Positions 1 through 13,369 are shown, numbered from the stretch's first letter. The stretch: 64,000 bases of DNA from Camelus dromedarius (GCF_036321535.1 NC_087437.1:121646001-121710000), one strand, 5' to 3'. The notes: generated by a model not told the origin, from the letters alone. Numbers and translations: made by a program.

Positions 1-539
1 CGGGCCCCTCCCAGACTCAATGCCCAAGAGTCAGCCAGTCTGCTGTCCTGACCCTTTCCTGGCCGTGGGCCGAGCCAGTCTGACACCCTGCATGAGGGAC
101 CCACCGCCCCTGGCCAGGGCGAGGTGCGCCAGGACGGGCACTCACTGCACAGACTCGTGGGAGGAATGAGGGTGCTGGGACATCAGGGCGGCAGGGGGCC
201 CGGGCCCCCATCTCTCCCTCCTGTGCCTCCCTTACTTCTGCTGTCAGTATTCTGTCCTTCCTCTTCAAGACGCGTGCCGTCCCTGCAATACAGCAGAGCT
301 CACACCTTAGCAGGCACCCAGCTCATCGGGCCTGACCCCCAGTGACCTCACGTCTGCCGCCCCTGCTCCCGCCTGGTCCCGTCAGTGCTGCTCAGAAATG
401 CTACAGCTGCCGTGCTCATAGCCCCAGGATCCCCGAGACACCGCCCGGCCCCTGGTCTTCCCCCTTCGCCCACCCCACCCTTCAGAACCGTCTCCCTCAG
501 GGCTTGGGTCACATCCTCTGAGTCACCGCTGATGACGCC

Positions 540-770
540 CACTGCAGTCCCCGGCTGGACACCGAGGTCCTTTCTCTCTTCTCCCAGCACCCCCTCCTCA
601 TCCCTGGCTAGAGCAACCACAGCTGCACATCCCACGAGCACCACTCCCACGGGCTCTGTTCACAGGCTACTTCCTTACCCTTTGCCGCCTGATAAGTATG
701 TGGAGCCTTCGAAGCCCAGTTCACATGCCACCTGTTCCAGGAAGCCTCCCCTGACTGCCTGGGGTGAACC
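540..770. mobile_element. L2 LINE fragment (ancient)
   Basis: 'ccttcgaagcccagttcacatgccacctgttccaggaagcctcccctgac' resembles the L2 3' core. Confidence 0.45.
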
Positions 771-2398
771 CCCCCCCCCAGGTGTAATAAGGAGCTCAGG
801 TCTGAGGGCCCGACAGCCGGCTCCAAGGCCTGACGCGCCGTTTCCACATGGCTTTCCACATCACCACCCGAGAGTCAAGCACCCACTGTGTGGCAGGCAC
901 TGGGTTACTTAATGAGAACCGTGTGGGGCGCTGCCTGGGAGCAGCACCGGGAGCTGCGGGTGACGGGGCCGAGGACAAGGCTAGGTGATGGGTCAGCATG
1001 AGGACGTTCAGGTGAGACGCGGGCAGGGTCCAGGGGCAGAGCAGGGGGATGGGTAGGAAACAGCACCTGGAAACTTGAAGCAGGAAGGAGGGGCCGTGGG
1101 AAGAAGCTCCGTGAGGCAGAAACACAGGGAGGGAGGAGAGGCCAGGGCCCAGAGACCCCGCGATGTGTCCTCAGGAGCCCACGGAAGGTCCTGAGATAGC
1201 GAGGGAGCCTGGATGGCTCGGGGGCAAGGGGGAGCGAGGGTCCTGTTTGGGGAGCTGCCATCGCCCAGGTGAGCAGGTCTTGGAGCAGGTGGAGGTGCAG
1301 ACGCTGCAGTGGACAGGGATGCTCGGAGGCCGAGCTCACAGGACAGAACTGGGTGTAAGGGAGATGGGAGGAGGTTTTCAGCAACCCTGGCCGCTCCGGC
1401 TCTGGGTGTGCAGACACTCAGGTTCCTTGGAAGGGGATCTGGGGAAAGGTGAGGCGTTGTCTTACACACGTGCAGTGTGTTCGGGCCGAGCCACCCTCCA
1501 GTCCTGGGGCTCTGAGGAAGCCGGGCTGGGTGGGAGTCTGGGGAGACCCTCGGCCCCCAGGGTGGGGAGGGGCACCCACTCCTGGACACACAGGAAGCCC
1601 AGGCGGGGTCAGGGCTTCTCATCTGTGTAATGGAAGCAAAAGCATCGGACCTGCTGGCTCCCTCTAGGGACGGGGTGATGGCACAGGACGGCTTCTGAAG
1701 CCCTGGGGCCAGGTGAGCGCCCGCCCTGACCCCATATGCAGGCCGCCGCAGGTCCTGTCCACGTTGCCCGGAGCCCAGGAACCCCCAAGGCTGCGCTGCC
1801 CCTTTTCTCTGGGATGCCAGCCCCAGTGGGGCGCCCAGAGTGCGGGCCCTCCGCTGGGCTGTGATGCTCAGTGTGAGCATCAGACAGAGCCGCTCAGACA
1901 GAGCCAGTGTGCAGACTGCCAGGGGAGGCCAGGGTGCAGGAGGGTCAAATCTGGGGAGGTGAGACATCTTCAAGAAACAGGAAGGCAAGAAAGCCGGCAC
2001 TTGCCACAACACAGAGCCCCTTGTGACATAAAGAATCCGGGTAACGTGCGGGCTCAGGGAGACAGACGTTTTGCTCCCAGAAGGACGTTCTGGTATTAGA
2101 GCAAAATCAGTCAGGACCTGGGGCTTTCTCAGCGGCCAAGAATAATCGTCTCATTGTTACCAGAGGCCGGGGAGTAGGAAATATTTTCAGGTACAGTTGC
2201 CCAAATTATGGCTGGCTGCCCTTTGAAATATGAAATCCTCCCAGATTCAGTTCAAATTGCCTCAGTCCACAGAGGAGACGTGGGTTTCCCATCCAAGTTA
2301 CTGTCCCAGTTTAGTGAGAACAAGGTACCTCGCCACAAAGAGAGAGCGTTTCCCTAAGCATGTGTTCACTGAAGGGTTTTTTGAACCTGTTTATTTTG

Positions 2399-3215
2399 AA
2401 CAATGAGGTGTCACCTCACACCAGTCAGAATGACCGTCATTCAAAAGTCCACAAGTGACAAATGCTGGAGAGGCTGTGGAGAAAAGAGAACCCTCCTACA
2501 CTGCTGGTGGGAATGCAGTTTGGTGCAGCCACTGTGGAAAACAGTATGGAGATTCCTTAAAAGACTAGGAATAGACTTACCATATGACCCAGGAATCCCA
2601 CTCCTGGGCATATATCCAGAAGGAACCCTACTTCAAAATGACACTGGCACCCCAATGTTCATAGCAGCACTATTTACAATAGCCAAGACATGGAAACAAC
2701 ATAAATGTCCAACGGATGACTGGGTAAAGAAGATGTGGTATATTGGTACAATGGAATACTACTCAGCCATAAAGAAGAAAAATCATGCCATTTGCAGCAA
2801 CATGGATGGACCTAGAGATCATCATTCTAAGTCAAATAAGACAGAAAGAGAAAGAAAAATACCATGTGATATCACTCATATGTGGAATCTAGAAAAAAAA
2901 AGGACAAATGAACTTATATATAAAACAGAAACAGACTCACAGACATAGAAAACAAACTTATAGTTACGGGGAGAGGGAAGGGATAAATTGGGAGTTTGAG
3001 ATTTGCAGACACCAACTTATATACATAAAATAGATAAATGACAAGGTCTTACTGTACAGCACAGGGAACTATATTCAACATCTTGTAGTCACCTATAATG
3101 AAAAAGAATATGAAAAGGAATATATGTGTGTTTGTGTGTGACTGAAGCACTGTGCTGTACACCAGAAATTGACACAATGTTGCAAACTGACTATATTTTA
3201 ATAATATAAAAAGCA
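2399..3215 (+). mobile_element. 5'-truncated L1 (ORF2 C-terminus plus 3'UTR), young artiodactyl/camelid-type
   Basis: ORF 2403-2948 reads HLTPVRM...[33 protein letters not shown]...[13 protein letters not shown], the L1 ORF2p cysteine-rich C-terminus. It is followed by a typical L1 3'UTR and an A-rich tail. Confidence 0.97.
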
Positions 3216-3237
3216 GGAAATAAAAGGATACAGAAGT

Positions 3238-3259
3238 ACACACACACACACACACACAC
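3238..3259. repeat. (CA)n microsatellite
   Basis: Pure acacac run. Confidence 0.95.
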
Positions 3260-5781
3260 TAAAAACTTAATTTTGAAATAAGCAGCCTTACAGGAGCGGC
3301 CCCGGAACCCCCCAAGCCTCCCCGCGTGGCAGAGTCGGCAGGACCGCGGCACCGCGGGAGAACAGGAAGTCACCACTGACGCACGGCTGTCACCAAAGCA
3401 AGGGCTCGGTGGGCGTTCGCCAGCTCTCACTGAAGCCCTTCCCTCTTCCAGGGCCCGGTCCGGGCTGAGGACACACCTCGCCTTGCCGCCCCCAAGGCCC
3501 GCGTGACGAAGCCCCAGAGCGAGGAGGACGGGGACCAGCCAACGGCAAGCAAGACACCCCTCAGGTTTCCCTTCAGAAGGAGGAATAGCTTTCTTTTTCT
3601 TTTTCTTTTCTATCATGAGCTTTTTTGCATTAATTTTGATGCAAATTTTGACCCCTGAGTTTCTTGGCATCTTCCCGCTGAAATTTGCCCCGAGCAGGCG
3701 CGGGTGTGTGTGCGGCCGTGTGCGTGCCTGTGTGTGCGTCCGTCTCCGGCCCTCCTGGGGGCTGGGGGCTGGGTTGGGGGCTGTGGGCCTGGAGCAGGGA
3801 CTGCTCACCTGTTGCAGGTGAGCAGCGGACGGGGTTGGTCTTAGCCCCCCGGGCCTCCGCATCGCCCTGGATGGTGCAGTGGACAACGCAGTGGGGTGAC
3901 AAGGGGCCCTGTGTCCTAAGGCACAGGGAAGAAGAGGTGGCCTTCATCCACATTCAGACCCTGGCAGGACGGCCGGGCCTGCTGCCCACTGCGTGCTGCC
4001 CGAGAGCCCTCGGGGGCCAGGTCTTTCCCACAGTGCTTCTGGACCTGCACCCGCCATCCTGTTGCGCGGACCTGAAGGCACAGGTTTAACCGCGCCTTCC
4101 CATCGCGGCCAGAGCCCAGGCCCTTCCCGGCGAGACCAGGCCTCGGCGTGTCTGCCCTTCGACTCAGCTGTTGGTTTCACCAGCTATGTTGCTTCCATCC
4201 GAGCCCCGGAGCACCGGTCAGGCTTGCTGACCCCACCGATCACTGGGCCCGCCTGGACACAGACTCTCAGGCCCGAGTCACCTCCCTTAGAACCTCCTTC
4301 TTGTTAAAGAGAGTCGACGGGAAGCAGGTGGGAAGAGAACACTTGGGGTCCCTCTCCCAGAGTTAAACGGGGCTGGAGATCAGCCCTGAGGGCAGCTGCG
4401 GGTTCTCTTCTCAGGTGGATGATCATGGAGGTGCTGAAGGAGTCAGCCTGGGCCTCCGACACCTGCTGGGCCTCAAGGCACAGGTGCCTTGGGGGCCTTG
4501 AGAGCAGAGGGGCAGCAGGTGCCAAGCCCTGTGGCCCCCCGGAGGCACCGGCTGCGTCCCTCCCCTCTCTGGGGCCCAGAGCGGAGCAGTGGTACAGGGG
4601 CGGTGATAGCTGGCGCCGCGACCCCATCTCCCGGGGCCCGAGGTGGGCGTCAAGCCTGACTGCAGGGAGGACCGCCAGCAGCCAGTGGGCAGGGCCGGGG
4701 AAACCAGACATCAGCGTCCGCGGGTGGGACTGAGAGCCCCGTCAGGGTGCCTGATCAAAGAAAGACCCCAGGACCCGAGGTCACAGCCAGGTCTCACCCG
4801 CAGCCCCAGGGCAGCCCCGCTCGGGTGCATATGGAGCTGATCACAGACCTGCCCTTTGCCCAACTCCTCCCCCCAGACCCTCCCCAGACCCCCTGGAGCT
4901 GCATCTCCACACCTGTCCCCGGGCACGTGGGGTCCTGGCCGCTCCCTCTGCTCAGACCCTGGGTGGCAGCCCCCGTGGTCCCGATTCTGCCATGTGCCAC
5001 CCCCTTGGAGAGTCCCAGGGAGGGCCCCCGAGCCCTGCCCCTCAGCCTCGGGGAGACGGGATGTCCATGAGGCCGGCCTGCTCCTGGGGGTGTGATCCAG
5101 GCTCTGCCCTGGCCCTTCAGTTTCCCCAATAGGAGCAAGAACATGGACCATCATCTAAGACCCCCCATGGGCAAAAAGCACCCTCTGAACAGCCTCAGAA
5201 TCGGCCCCATCCCCATGGTTTCTGAACAAATCGCCCCAGCACAGTGAGCCAGCCTGCCCATCTTTGAGGCACAAAATTTAGAAGCTTCTGTGGTTCCACA
5301 CTTGGAGAGAAAGAAGAGGTCTCCCAGGTGTGCTCATTGTTCCGAAGAAGGAGAGTTGCCCGCCACAGGAATGTCTGGAAACCTTGCCGTCTGCACAACC
5401 TTCTTATGGAATTCGCCGGGAGGGCTCCTGGGGACGGTGGAGGGAGGGGTGCTGGCTCCTCTTCTCTGAAGATGCCGGACGTCCCAAGGCAGAGCTGAGA
5501 TCGGCCAGCACGGTGGACAGGCAGCCCCAACCTGCCCCCATGGGAGCGAGGCCACCTGGAGCCAGACCCCGCAGCCCCACCCAGCCCTGGGGCGGCGCGG
5601 CCCGGAGACCCCCGCTGCGCCAGCCCGGCTCAGCCCTGCCAGGACAGCAAAGGCCACTGTTACTGTCAGACCTGGGGTGGCTTGTCACACAGCACGACGT
5701 AACTGATACACCCCTGGCAGGAGGTCTCCCCAGAGTGGCTGCTCACAGGGACCGGGTCGGCCCTGCACACAGACACGCTTT

Positions 5782-6182
5782 GTTGTGGGTTGAATCGTGT
5801 CCACCCAGAAAGATGCGTTGGAGTCCTAACACCCCACAGCGTGACCGTGGCCTCACTCGGACATTGAGGAGAGGTCGTAGGGCGGACCCTAATCCAGTAT
5901 GGCAGTGTCCTTACAGAAAGGGGACATTTGGACACAGAGGCACATGCGTGCAGAGGGGTCATGTGGTGGCGGAGGCAGAGACTGGAGGGACACGGCCACA
6001 AGCCAAGCACCGGGGCCCTGGAGCTGGAAGGGGCAGGAGGGGCCTCCCCCAGAGCCTTGGCAGGGGCCGGCCCTGCGACACCTTGACCTTGGGCGTCTGG
6101 TCTCCAGGACGGCGAGGGGTAAGTGTCTGCTGTTTGAAGCCATCGGTTTTGTGGCGCTTTCCTGCCTCCCCGGGAAACCAGT
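5782..6182 (+). mobile_element. MaLR solo LTR (MLT1B/C-like)
   Basis: Starts tgttgtgggttgaatcgtgtcc; contains 'ccctaatccagtatggcagtgtccttacagaaagggg' and 'caccttgaccttgggcgtctggtctccagga...tgtttgaagcca'. Confidence 0.85.
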
Positions 6183-7417
6183 TCAGTTTTCTGCACCTTT
6201 TGAGAGTAAATGTAAAACCAACACCGACTCCAAAGAGCAGCATTTTTGCTGAATAAATTAGCCTTGGCCTCGCGCTGTTAGCTTGACAAGCAAAAGTTCT
6301 CTTTGAGCGACTTGGAAGCTTGCAGCTTTTAGAGATTACGTTTATGTTAAGTGACCGTGGGCTTGGTTTCCTTCAGGCTGTCGCTGTCTGAGAGCGGGCG
6401 TGACCTGAGCTGGTGCCCGCCTCCCGTGTGCAAGAACCCTGGGCAGCCTCTGCACCGAGACAGGCGCCAGGTCTCCGGCAGGCTGTGCCCCGAGACGGCT
6501 CTGTCCCTGGGACCCCAGGGCCAGGCCTCACGAGTGTGAGCTCATGAGCACACCCCAAAGTGTCTGAATTCAGCTACAACTGCGTGAATTATGTCGACCT
6601 GAATCCAGAGTCTTTACTGACCCATCCCTCCTGCTTCATAATTTTCTGGACGTTCCAATGATGTCTCCAGCTGAACACCTGGATTCAGGGGAGCGCGTTT
6701 GCACGCTGGGTGTGTGTCAACAGTAACAGTGAGTCTAAACGAATATAAAGTTAATACTGACCTGAAGCTAATGGATACGTAATGAGATTTCATGTTGCAG
6801 CTGTGTAGTTTGTGACCGACTTTGGGGCGCATCTCCGACACGATGCAGTCAGATCGCCATGCGCAGGCGTGATGCTTCGCCGGCAGAAGCCCTTCTGGGG
6901 AATGTGCTCCTGCCCGGGTGTGAATGCCCCCTTGAAGGCTTCCGCATTCGAGCACCCGCTCGCGCCGGGTGCAGCTCCCCCCGCGAGCCGCCCCGGTGAC
7001 GGCAGCTGCTGCCTGGGAGGGGTGCTGTCTCCACGCTCTGGGACGGGGAGGTTCATTCAGAGTCACGGGTGGGAGTCCCAGGCCCTGGGGCCCCCTGGAG
7101 GGCCCCGCGTGCACAGGGTCCACTACACAAGCCCACTCAACGCTCTTCTGTCCCCGGACTCGGGGGACTAGCAGCATCATGGAAACACATGCGCTGCTGG
7201 GAAAGGAGGCCCCACGTGGTCAGAGCATCAGCCGCTGGGCAGCAAGACAGGGAGAAGGAAGCGTGTCACTGTCTGCTTGTTCTGTTCTGATGAAGGTCCT
7301 TGCAGTCACGGCTCCCGCTTTTCTGAGTAGCCAGCCTTTTCCTTCTCAGTCCCACTTTCCTGCTTTCTTATTAATGTTCGGCGCCTTGCATACACGTGGT
7401 CACATCAAACAGCCTGT

Positions 7418-7565
7418 TATTTAATTTATTTTTTAAAGCAAATGTGTTGTTGTTGTTGGGGGGGTAAGTAGGTTTGTTTATTTATTTAATGGAGGTACGA
7501 GGGACTGAGCCCAGGACCGCGAGCACACTGGGCATGCGTTCTGACACTGAGCGCTATCCTCCCCC
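7418..7565 (-). mobile_element. tRNA-derived SINE (Vic-1-like)
   Basis: Reverse-oriented tRNA-like head and AT tail. Flanking direct repeat aacagcctgt at 7408-7417 and 7569-7578 (TSD). Confidence 0.85.
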
Positions 7566-8099
7566 GAGAACAGCCTGTGCAGATGGCACCTGTGAAGTGA
7601 CCAGAGGACCCCAGTTTAAATCATAACTCGTTACACAGGAGGCACCTCGCACGCGGGTCTCAGTGCCTCTTGGTCCAGCGCCAGGAGCAGCCGCGGGGCT
7701 GGCGCCCAGATCCAAGAGCCAGGGGTCCCGGGGCTGTGACGGCCCTTCCCCTTCATTTGTCCCAGGGTCACAGCGGGCAGCTGCGGACGGTCATCCCCAG
7801 GAGCGTGTTTTAAATAAATCAGCACAGCTTGAAGGAGAGAGAAAAAGACCTCTTCACCTTCAGAAAGGCCTGGATCGACTGCTGGTGTGGCCGCAGGACT
7901 GGGAGAGCGCAACCAAACGGCCAGACAAGCGCGGGCCGGGGCGTTTGTCTGGAATTCCTGATGTTCCTACAATAACCCACGATCGGGGCTGAATTCTACC
8001 TTCTAAAAGGAGCTCAGGTGTCAGTCTCCCAACACACTCGTGCTGAGTGCAAAGGCGGCTGGGGAGTGTCAGGAATTGTCACGAAATGGGATCAAAAAG

Positions 8100-8236
8100 C
8101 AGCAGCTCAGCGGTAGGGCGAGTGCTCAGCGTGCACAGGGTCCTGGGTTCAATCCCCGGCGCCTCCAATGAAAGTAAGGAAACCTAATGACCCACCTCAA
8201 AACAACAAAAAACAAATTGAAAAATTTAAAAGAAAA
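8100..8236 (+). mobile_element. tRNA-derived SINE (Vic-1-like)
   Basis: A box 'agctcagcggtag', B box 'gggttcaatcccc', then 'aaacctaatgacc' and an A-rich tail. Confidence 0.9.
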
Positions 8237-8297
8237 CAGTAGTTCATACCAGCATGGTTGGTGGCGTTGACCTTTAAACTCCGCCCCAAACGCCTGT

Positions 8298-8603
8298 GCT
8301 GTGGACTGAGGGTCTGCGTCCCCCAAATCCCTGCACTGAGACCCCGCCCCCATGTGACGGTGTTAGGAGGTGGGGCGTCTGGAGGCCTCTGGGCGTGAGG
8401 GTGGAGCCTCAGGGCGGGAGCAGTGCCCAGAAGGGGCCCCGAGAGCCCCCGCCCCTTTCCCATGTGGGGCCCCAGGGGTCCCCTCACCCGACCCTGCAGC
8501 ACGTGGCCTGGGCTCCCAGCCCACACCGCTGTGACCATCAGAACGTGAGAGATCCGTTTCTGTGAGCCTCCCCGCCTGGGAGTTTGTTAGGGCAGCCTGA
8601 GTT
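8298..8603 (+). mobile_element. MaLR LTR fragment (MLT1A-like)
   Basis: tgctgtggactga...ccccaaatcc...tgtgacggtgttaggaggtggggc...gtgagggtggagcc...tttgttagggcagcctga. Confidence 0.75.
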
Positions 8604-8884
8604 CAGCTGGAGCAGTTTTTAGGTCTTTACAATAGTATGATGTCATCTGTCCCCATTTACAGACTGAAAAGGGAGGAACGTTGTACCTTACAGTCATTTG
8701 CACGACGTTTAATTAGCAGCATCGGGTCAGGAAATGGCCAAACGCGGAGTGACGAATGCGCAGTCTTCTTCTATCATGTGTTTCCAAAGGTTGACACGGG
8801 AGACTCCAAATTTGACAGTTAAAATGATTATTAGGGAAAACAGACAGGATTTATTGAAGAAGGGCACTTGACTCCTTTAAATTC

Positions 8885-9125
8885 TTTTTAAATTAGAAAA
8901 CGTTACTTTTGAGCAGCTTTAGGTCTGCAGATAAAGCGGGGAGCAGGGCAGCGTTCCCACCGCCCCCCACCCTCTTCCGCTCAGTGACATCCTTGCGCTG
9001 ATCTGTTAGAACTGAGAGTCAGACTGATACATCATTATAAACTAAAACGCACAGTTTACGTCAGGACCCACTCTTAAAACGAACCCTCCGTGGGTTTCAG
9101 CAAGTGCCTAGTAACACGATCACTA
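8885..9125 (-). mobile_element. Old L1 3' end (L1MC-like)
   Basis: 'ttttgagcagctttaggtctgcag...gatacatcattataactaaaacgcacagtttac' matches the antisense L1MC 3' end. Confidence 0.7.
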
Positions 9126-10621
9126 GTTTGGGTCCTTTCTCTAAGGTTAAAAACTAGGCGAGGGCCAACCGAAGGCGTCAAGGTCACAGTGACAACCTCC
9201 GTCATGTTCCTCCCTCTGAGAGCGTTCGCCCTGGAAGGAGCGTTTCCACCACCAGCCCCGTTCCGCATCCCGGGCCCGCGTCCAGAAGTGTGCTATCTTA
9301 TCTCCCCGGTGGCGTGTGCCAATTCACAGACGGGTAACTCAGAGGCTGGGTTTTTCTTCTGGGTGTAAGCTGATACTCAAAACAGAACCTTGGATTCAAA
9401 ACACAGTTTTGTTTCCTAAGAGCCCTTCAGTGTCCTGGTTGGAATTCAGACGGAAACTGACGGCACTCACCATCTCTTCCTGTGTGAACCCGTGTCCGCC
9501 CGCTTCTTAATTTTTTCACCATTTCCTTGTGCTTTTCTGCCCAGGAGTCCATCACCTTTCAAACTGAGGTTTCAACATGACTCCTTCCTCCTAGAAAGCG
9601 AACGCTTTGTCGAAACAAGCGGAAGCTGAGACCAGCTCGCACGAGCCCGGCTGGAGTTGGAGTCAGCGCAAACTCCGGACCCCCGTCCACCTCCCGTGGG
9701 TTCGAGAAGTCCCAGGACAGAGGGCCGACTGGGGAGGCGGCCGGCAGGCGGGAAGAGGAAGGAGCCAGCAAGTAAGGATTTCCCTCCCGACACGGGCCCG
9801 TTTGGAAGTTTAACCTCAGCTCGTAAAGCGTGGCATCTGCTCTAGTGTGAACACCGCGAGTGTAAAACGTGCGGCCTTGTTGAATGAAGGTCCCTGCATT
9901 ACTGCCGACGTTTCCCTGAAATCACAGTCTCGTGATACTCTGTGCTCCTGGCTTAAGCAGGAATTCTCTTAAACTGAGTGTCTGTCCCTCCCACGGCACC
10001 TGGGGGTGACACAGAAGGAAACAGTTGGCACAGAGAGAATGTTTTCCCCTGAACTGTTCAAGGCACCCCGAGACTGGGAAGCCGCCCCTCCGCTGAGGAC
10101 GCCTGGGAGTGAGACTGGAAGGCCCTCTGGCGCCTCCCACAGGGGGCACTCGTGGCTGCTCCGGGTTTAACCCCAGCAGCCCCCCGCCACCAGGTGCTGA
10201 GGTGTGCCCGGGGCCCTCGGCCCGGGTTGGGGCACAGCCTCGGCCACGCACGCCCCGCCTCGCGGTGGGCCCGGCTGACTGCACACTCAGCCTTCTCCTC
10301 GGGGAGGGAGGCGGACGCTCTCAGAGATGCCGTGGTAGGAGGGCCCCTGGTGCTGCTCACATCTGACCGACTCTCAACGCACACCTGAGATTAGATGCAC
10401 ACTTTCTAGCCTTTCTAGAACGAACACAGACACACACACACGTGCGTGAGCACCCGCTGTGCCATCCATTTTGATCTGCTGCCTTGGTCGCATCAGCGCA
10501 TTCGCAAACTCAGAGTCTCTCTTCTTAAGCTGTTCGTTTCCATCACCAGCAGGTGCATGTGTGCGTTAAACGTTTACTTCTGTGGGTTCTTGCAGGTTTC
10601 ATGACCACAAGCACAGCAGGA

Positions 10622-11560
10622 GTTTGATTGCATGTGTAGAAAATCCAAAAGACTCTGCAGATAAATGCTTAGACTAGAAGTGAATTTAGCGAAGGCACAG
10701 GTGTTTGAGGAGAGGGTGATTAAAATACTCTAAAATCCATCACGGTGTTGGTGGCGTAACTCTGTGAATGTGCGACAAACATGGACTCTTTAAACAGGTG
10801 GATTATGCGGCACGCCACGTGTCTCCATAGAGCTCTTATTTTTAAAAGTGAATTTAGCAAGGACACTAGATACAAAGTAAGTAAATAAAGTCAATTGTAT
10901 TTATATAGCCCTGCAAAGAGCAGAAAATGAGAATTTCTAAACGATGTCATTTTTTTCAGTAGTATTCAGAAACATCGAATATCTAGTAATAAACCTAACA
11001 AAATATTCTGAAAACTATGAAACGGTCACCCAAGTATTAAGGAAGACCTCAGTAAGTGAAGATATATGACATAGATTAAAAGACAAACATTATAAAGATA
11101 AACAAAACTATAGATTCCATTATAGTCGCAGTTAAAACCCATCAAGTTGTGAGTGTGCGAGTGTGCGTGCATGTGCATGTGCGCGCGTGTGTGTGTGCGT
11201 GCGTGTGCAGCACATGTGCCTGGTGGCGCTGTCACCCAGCTGATCCTAACGTTTGCATAAAAATGCAAATGGACAAGAGCGGGCAAGCTGATCTTGCAGA
11301 CGACCAGAACGAGGGTCCCCACCACCAGATAACAAGACTCAACACAAAGCTCCAGGAGTCAAGATTGGCTGAAAAACAGGTCAGTAAAATGGAGTTCAGC
11401 GTCCTCAAGCCGACACACACACGTGGGGCACCTGATTTATAACAAACACGGGATCGCGGGACAAGAGAAAAGGAACAGCGCTTTAACACGTAGTTCCAGG
11501 TTCATTCAACATCCACGTGGAGAATGAAACCAGTCCCCAGGGGGCCGTGGGCGTCAGTGT
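10622..11560 (+). mobile_element. Old L1 ORF2 fragment, interrupted by a nested L1 3' end and a (TG/CG)n tract
   Basis: 'tgtagaaaatccaaaagactctgcagataaatgcttagacta...gtgaatttagcaagg...gatacaaag...taataaacctaacaaaa...attaaggaagacctcagtaagtgaaga' is the L1 RT/post-RT region. Confidence 0.8.
10691..10845 (+). mobile_element. Short L1MB-like 3' end nested in the older L1
   Basis: 'gggtgattaaaatactctaaaat...aactctgtgaatgtgc...ctttaaacaggtggattatgc' flanked by the 13-bp direct repeat aagtgaatttagc (10678-10690 and 10846-10858). Confidence 0.8.
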
Positions 11561-12852
11561 GGACGCCGGAATGGCGACGCTCCAGGCGTCTGCTGTGGCG
11601 GGGCGCCTTCAGTGCTGGGGCCCGTCTGGAAGCAGCACAAAGTCCCCGTCCTTGGGAGGTTTCGTCTGTGGGTGGGAAGCAGCAGAACCGAGCAAAACCA
11701 AGCAGACAGAAGGGAGGGCGCAGGAGCCGTGGTAGGGGGCAGGTGGCCTCAATCACATCAGTAGCCGAGTGAAGAGTGGTGACAACTCTGGCGCCAGCGG
11801 CCGAGCAGTGCGGCGGCTCGGTGACCAAATGTTACACGGCCCTTAAGAGTGCAGGGCTCTCTGTGTCAGACTCGGGCAGAAACCACGTGTGGATGGTGCT
11901 GGGCGTATCTCGGCAGAGCTGAGCGGGCGGGCAGGCTTCACACAGGCCCACGCCCTTCGAGGCAGTGAGAGAGGCAGGGGACCGTGGGGTCATGCGCTCA
12001 CGCAGGGTCAGCACAACCGTCCTCTGAACCACTCCCGCTCAGCACTCTGTGGGAGAGCGTTTCTAATTCAGCCACAGGGATGACATGGGAACTGGAGTGA
12101 AGCTCGAGGGTCCTGAGAGATGTTATCGGTGGCCTGGGGGCCTTCGTCCGGGGGAACATGCCTTCACCCCAACACTCCCCAGCCCGGAAAGGCTTCTGGG
12201 CATCTGCAGCTCGGCCTGGGGGGTGTCCGGCTCACTGTCAATTCGTTAGAGGGAGTTTGGATTTAGATGCAGATGAGAAAAGTTGGGCTTATATCAGAGC
12301 AAAGTAAGGCCCCTTGTGGTCAGTGACTGGTCAGCTGGTCTGACCAGTGACCTCAGGGCCGCACACACCCCCACCATGCCGGCTGCTGGGAGAGGCGGGG
12401 TGCTGAGACCCAAGCTCCCCTTGGGAACCACCCGCTTATCTGAGGTCAGCACACAGGCTCAGGCTGGGCTCTGTCTCTCCTGGATTTCCATCTCCTGTGG
12501 CCTGTCCGCAGGCCCTGCAAGGCGGTCAGTCACCGGGTGCTGGCTAAACAGAACATCATGGGGAAGCAAGTCCCAGCAGAAGCCTCAACCCCTTCTGACG
12601 ACAGCGGGGGCTGAGGCAAGGCAGCGTCCAGCCACTTCTGGGGCAGGGACCTTGCAGACGCTCCATGCCGTCTCATGAGGCCGTGGCCTTGCCAGGCGAG
12701 CTGCCTGCTGGCCAGAAAGCCGAGTTAAACTGAGTAAGCCTTGGTTGATAGTTTCGCCTTTGGAATCGGGTAAACATAAAATTCAGCTACAAAATAAAAA
12801 GTAAACAAAAACAAGAAACAAAGCAATCCCTGAAATCCAAAACAGATAAAAT

Positions 12853-13321
12853 CTACTCAGCCACGAAGACCGACAACATGACGCCATTACAGCAACACGG
12901 GTGCTCCTGGAGATCGTCATTCTAAGTGAAGTCAGCCAGAAAGAGAAAGAAAAATACCACATGAGATCGCTCATATGTGGAATCTAAAAACAAACAAACA
13001 AACAAAAAAAAGCATAAATGCAGAACAGAAATAGACTCATAGGCATAGAATACAGACTTGTGGTTGCCAAGGGGCGGGGGGTGGGAAGGGAGAGACTGGG
13101 ATTTCAAAATCGTAGACTAAATAAGCAAGATTATACTGTATAGCACAAGGAAATATATACAAGATCTTATGGTAGCTCACAGAGAAAAAAATGTGACAAT
13201 GAATATACACATGTTCACTTACAACTGAAAAATTGTGCTCTACACTGGAATTTGACACAACATTGTAAAATGATTATAAATCAATAAAAAATGTTAAAAA
13301 CAAACAAACAAAAAAACAAAG
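12853..13321 (+). mobile_element. 5'-truncated young L1 3' end (camelid L1_Vpa-like)
   Basis: ORF2 end 'ctggagatcgtcattctaagtgaagtcagccagaaagagaaagaaaaatacc', 3'UTR, AATAAA and A/C tail. TSD cagataaaat at 12843-12852 and 13322-13331. Confidence 0.92.
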
Positions 13322-13369
13322 CAGATAAAATGTATATCATATTGGCAGCTCAATCACACAGAGAATAAC

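Noticed and set aside
1008..2012. Long ORFs of 300+ aa (also 5330-6256, 15670-16671, 16758-17717, 40331-41254, 42355-43263)
   Set aside because: Pro/Gly/Arg/Ala-rich, overlapping on both strands, often non-ATG starts, no recognisable domain; expected from stop-codon scarcity in GC-rich DNA.
2403..2948. 181-aa ORF with recognisable protein motifs
   Set aside because: Truncated, frameshifted L1 ORF2 C-terminus, not a host gene.
6590..6830. AT-richer patch, possible DNA-transposon fragment
   Set aside because: No terminal inverted repeats or recognisable family.
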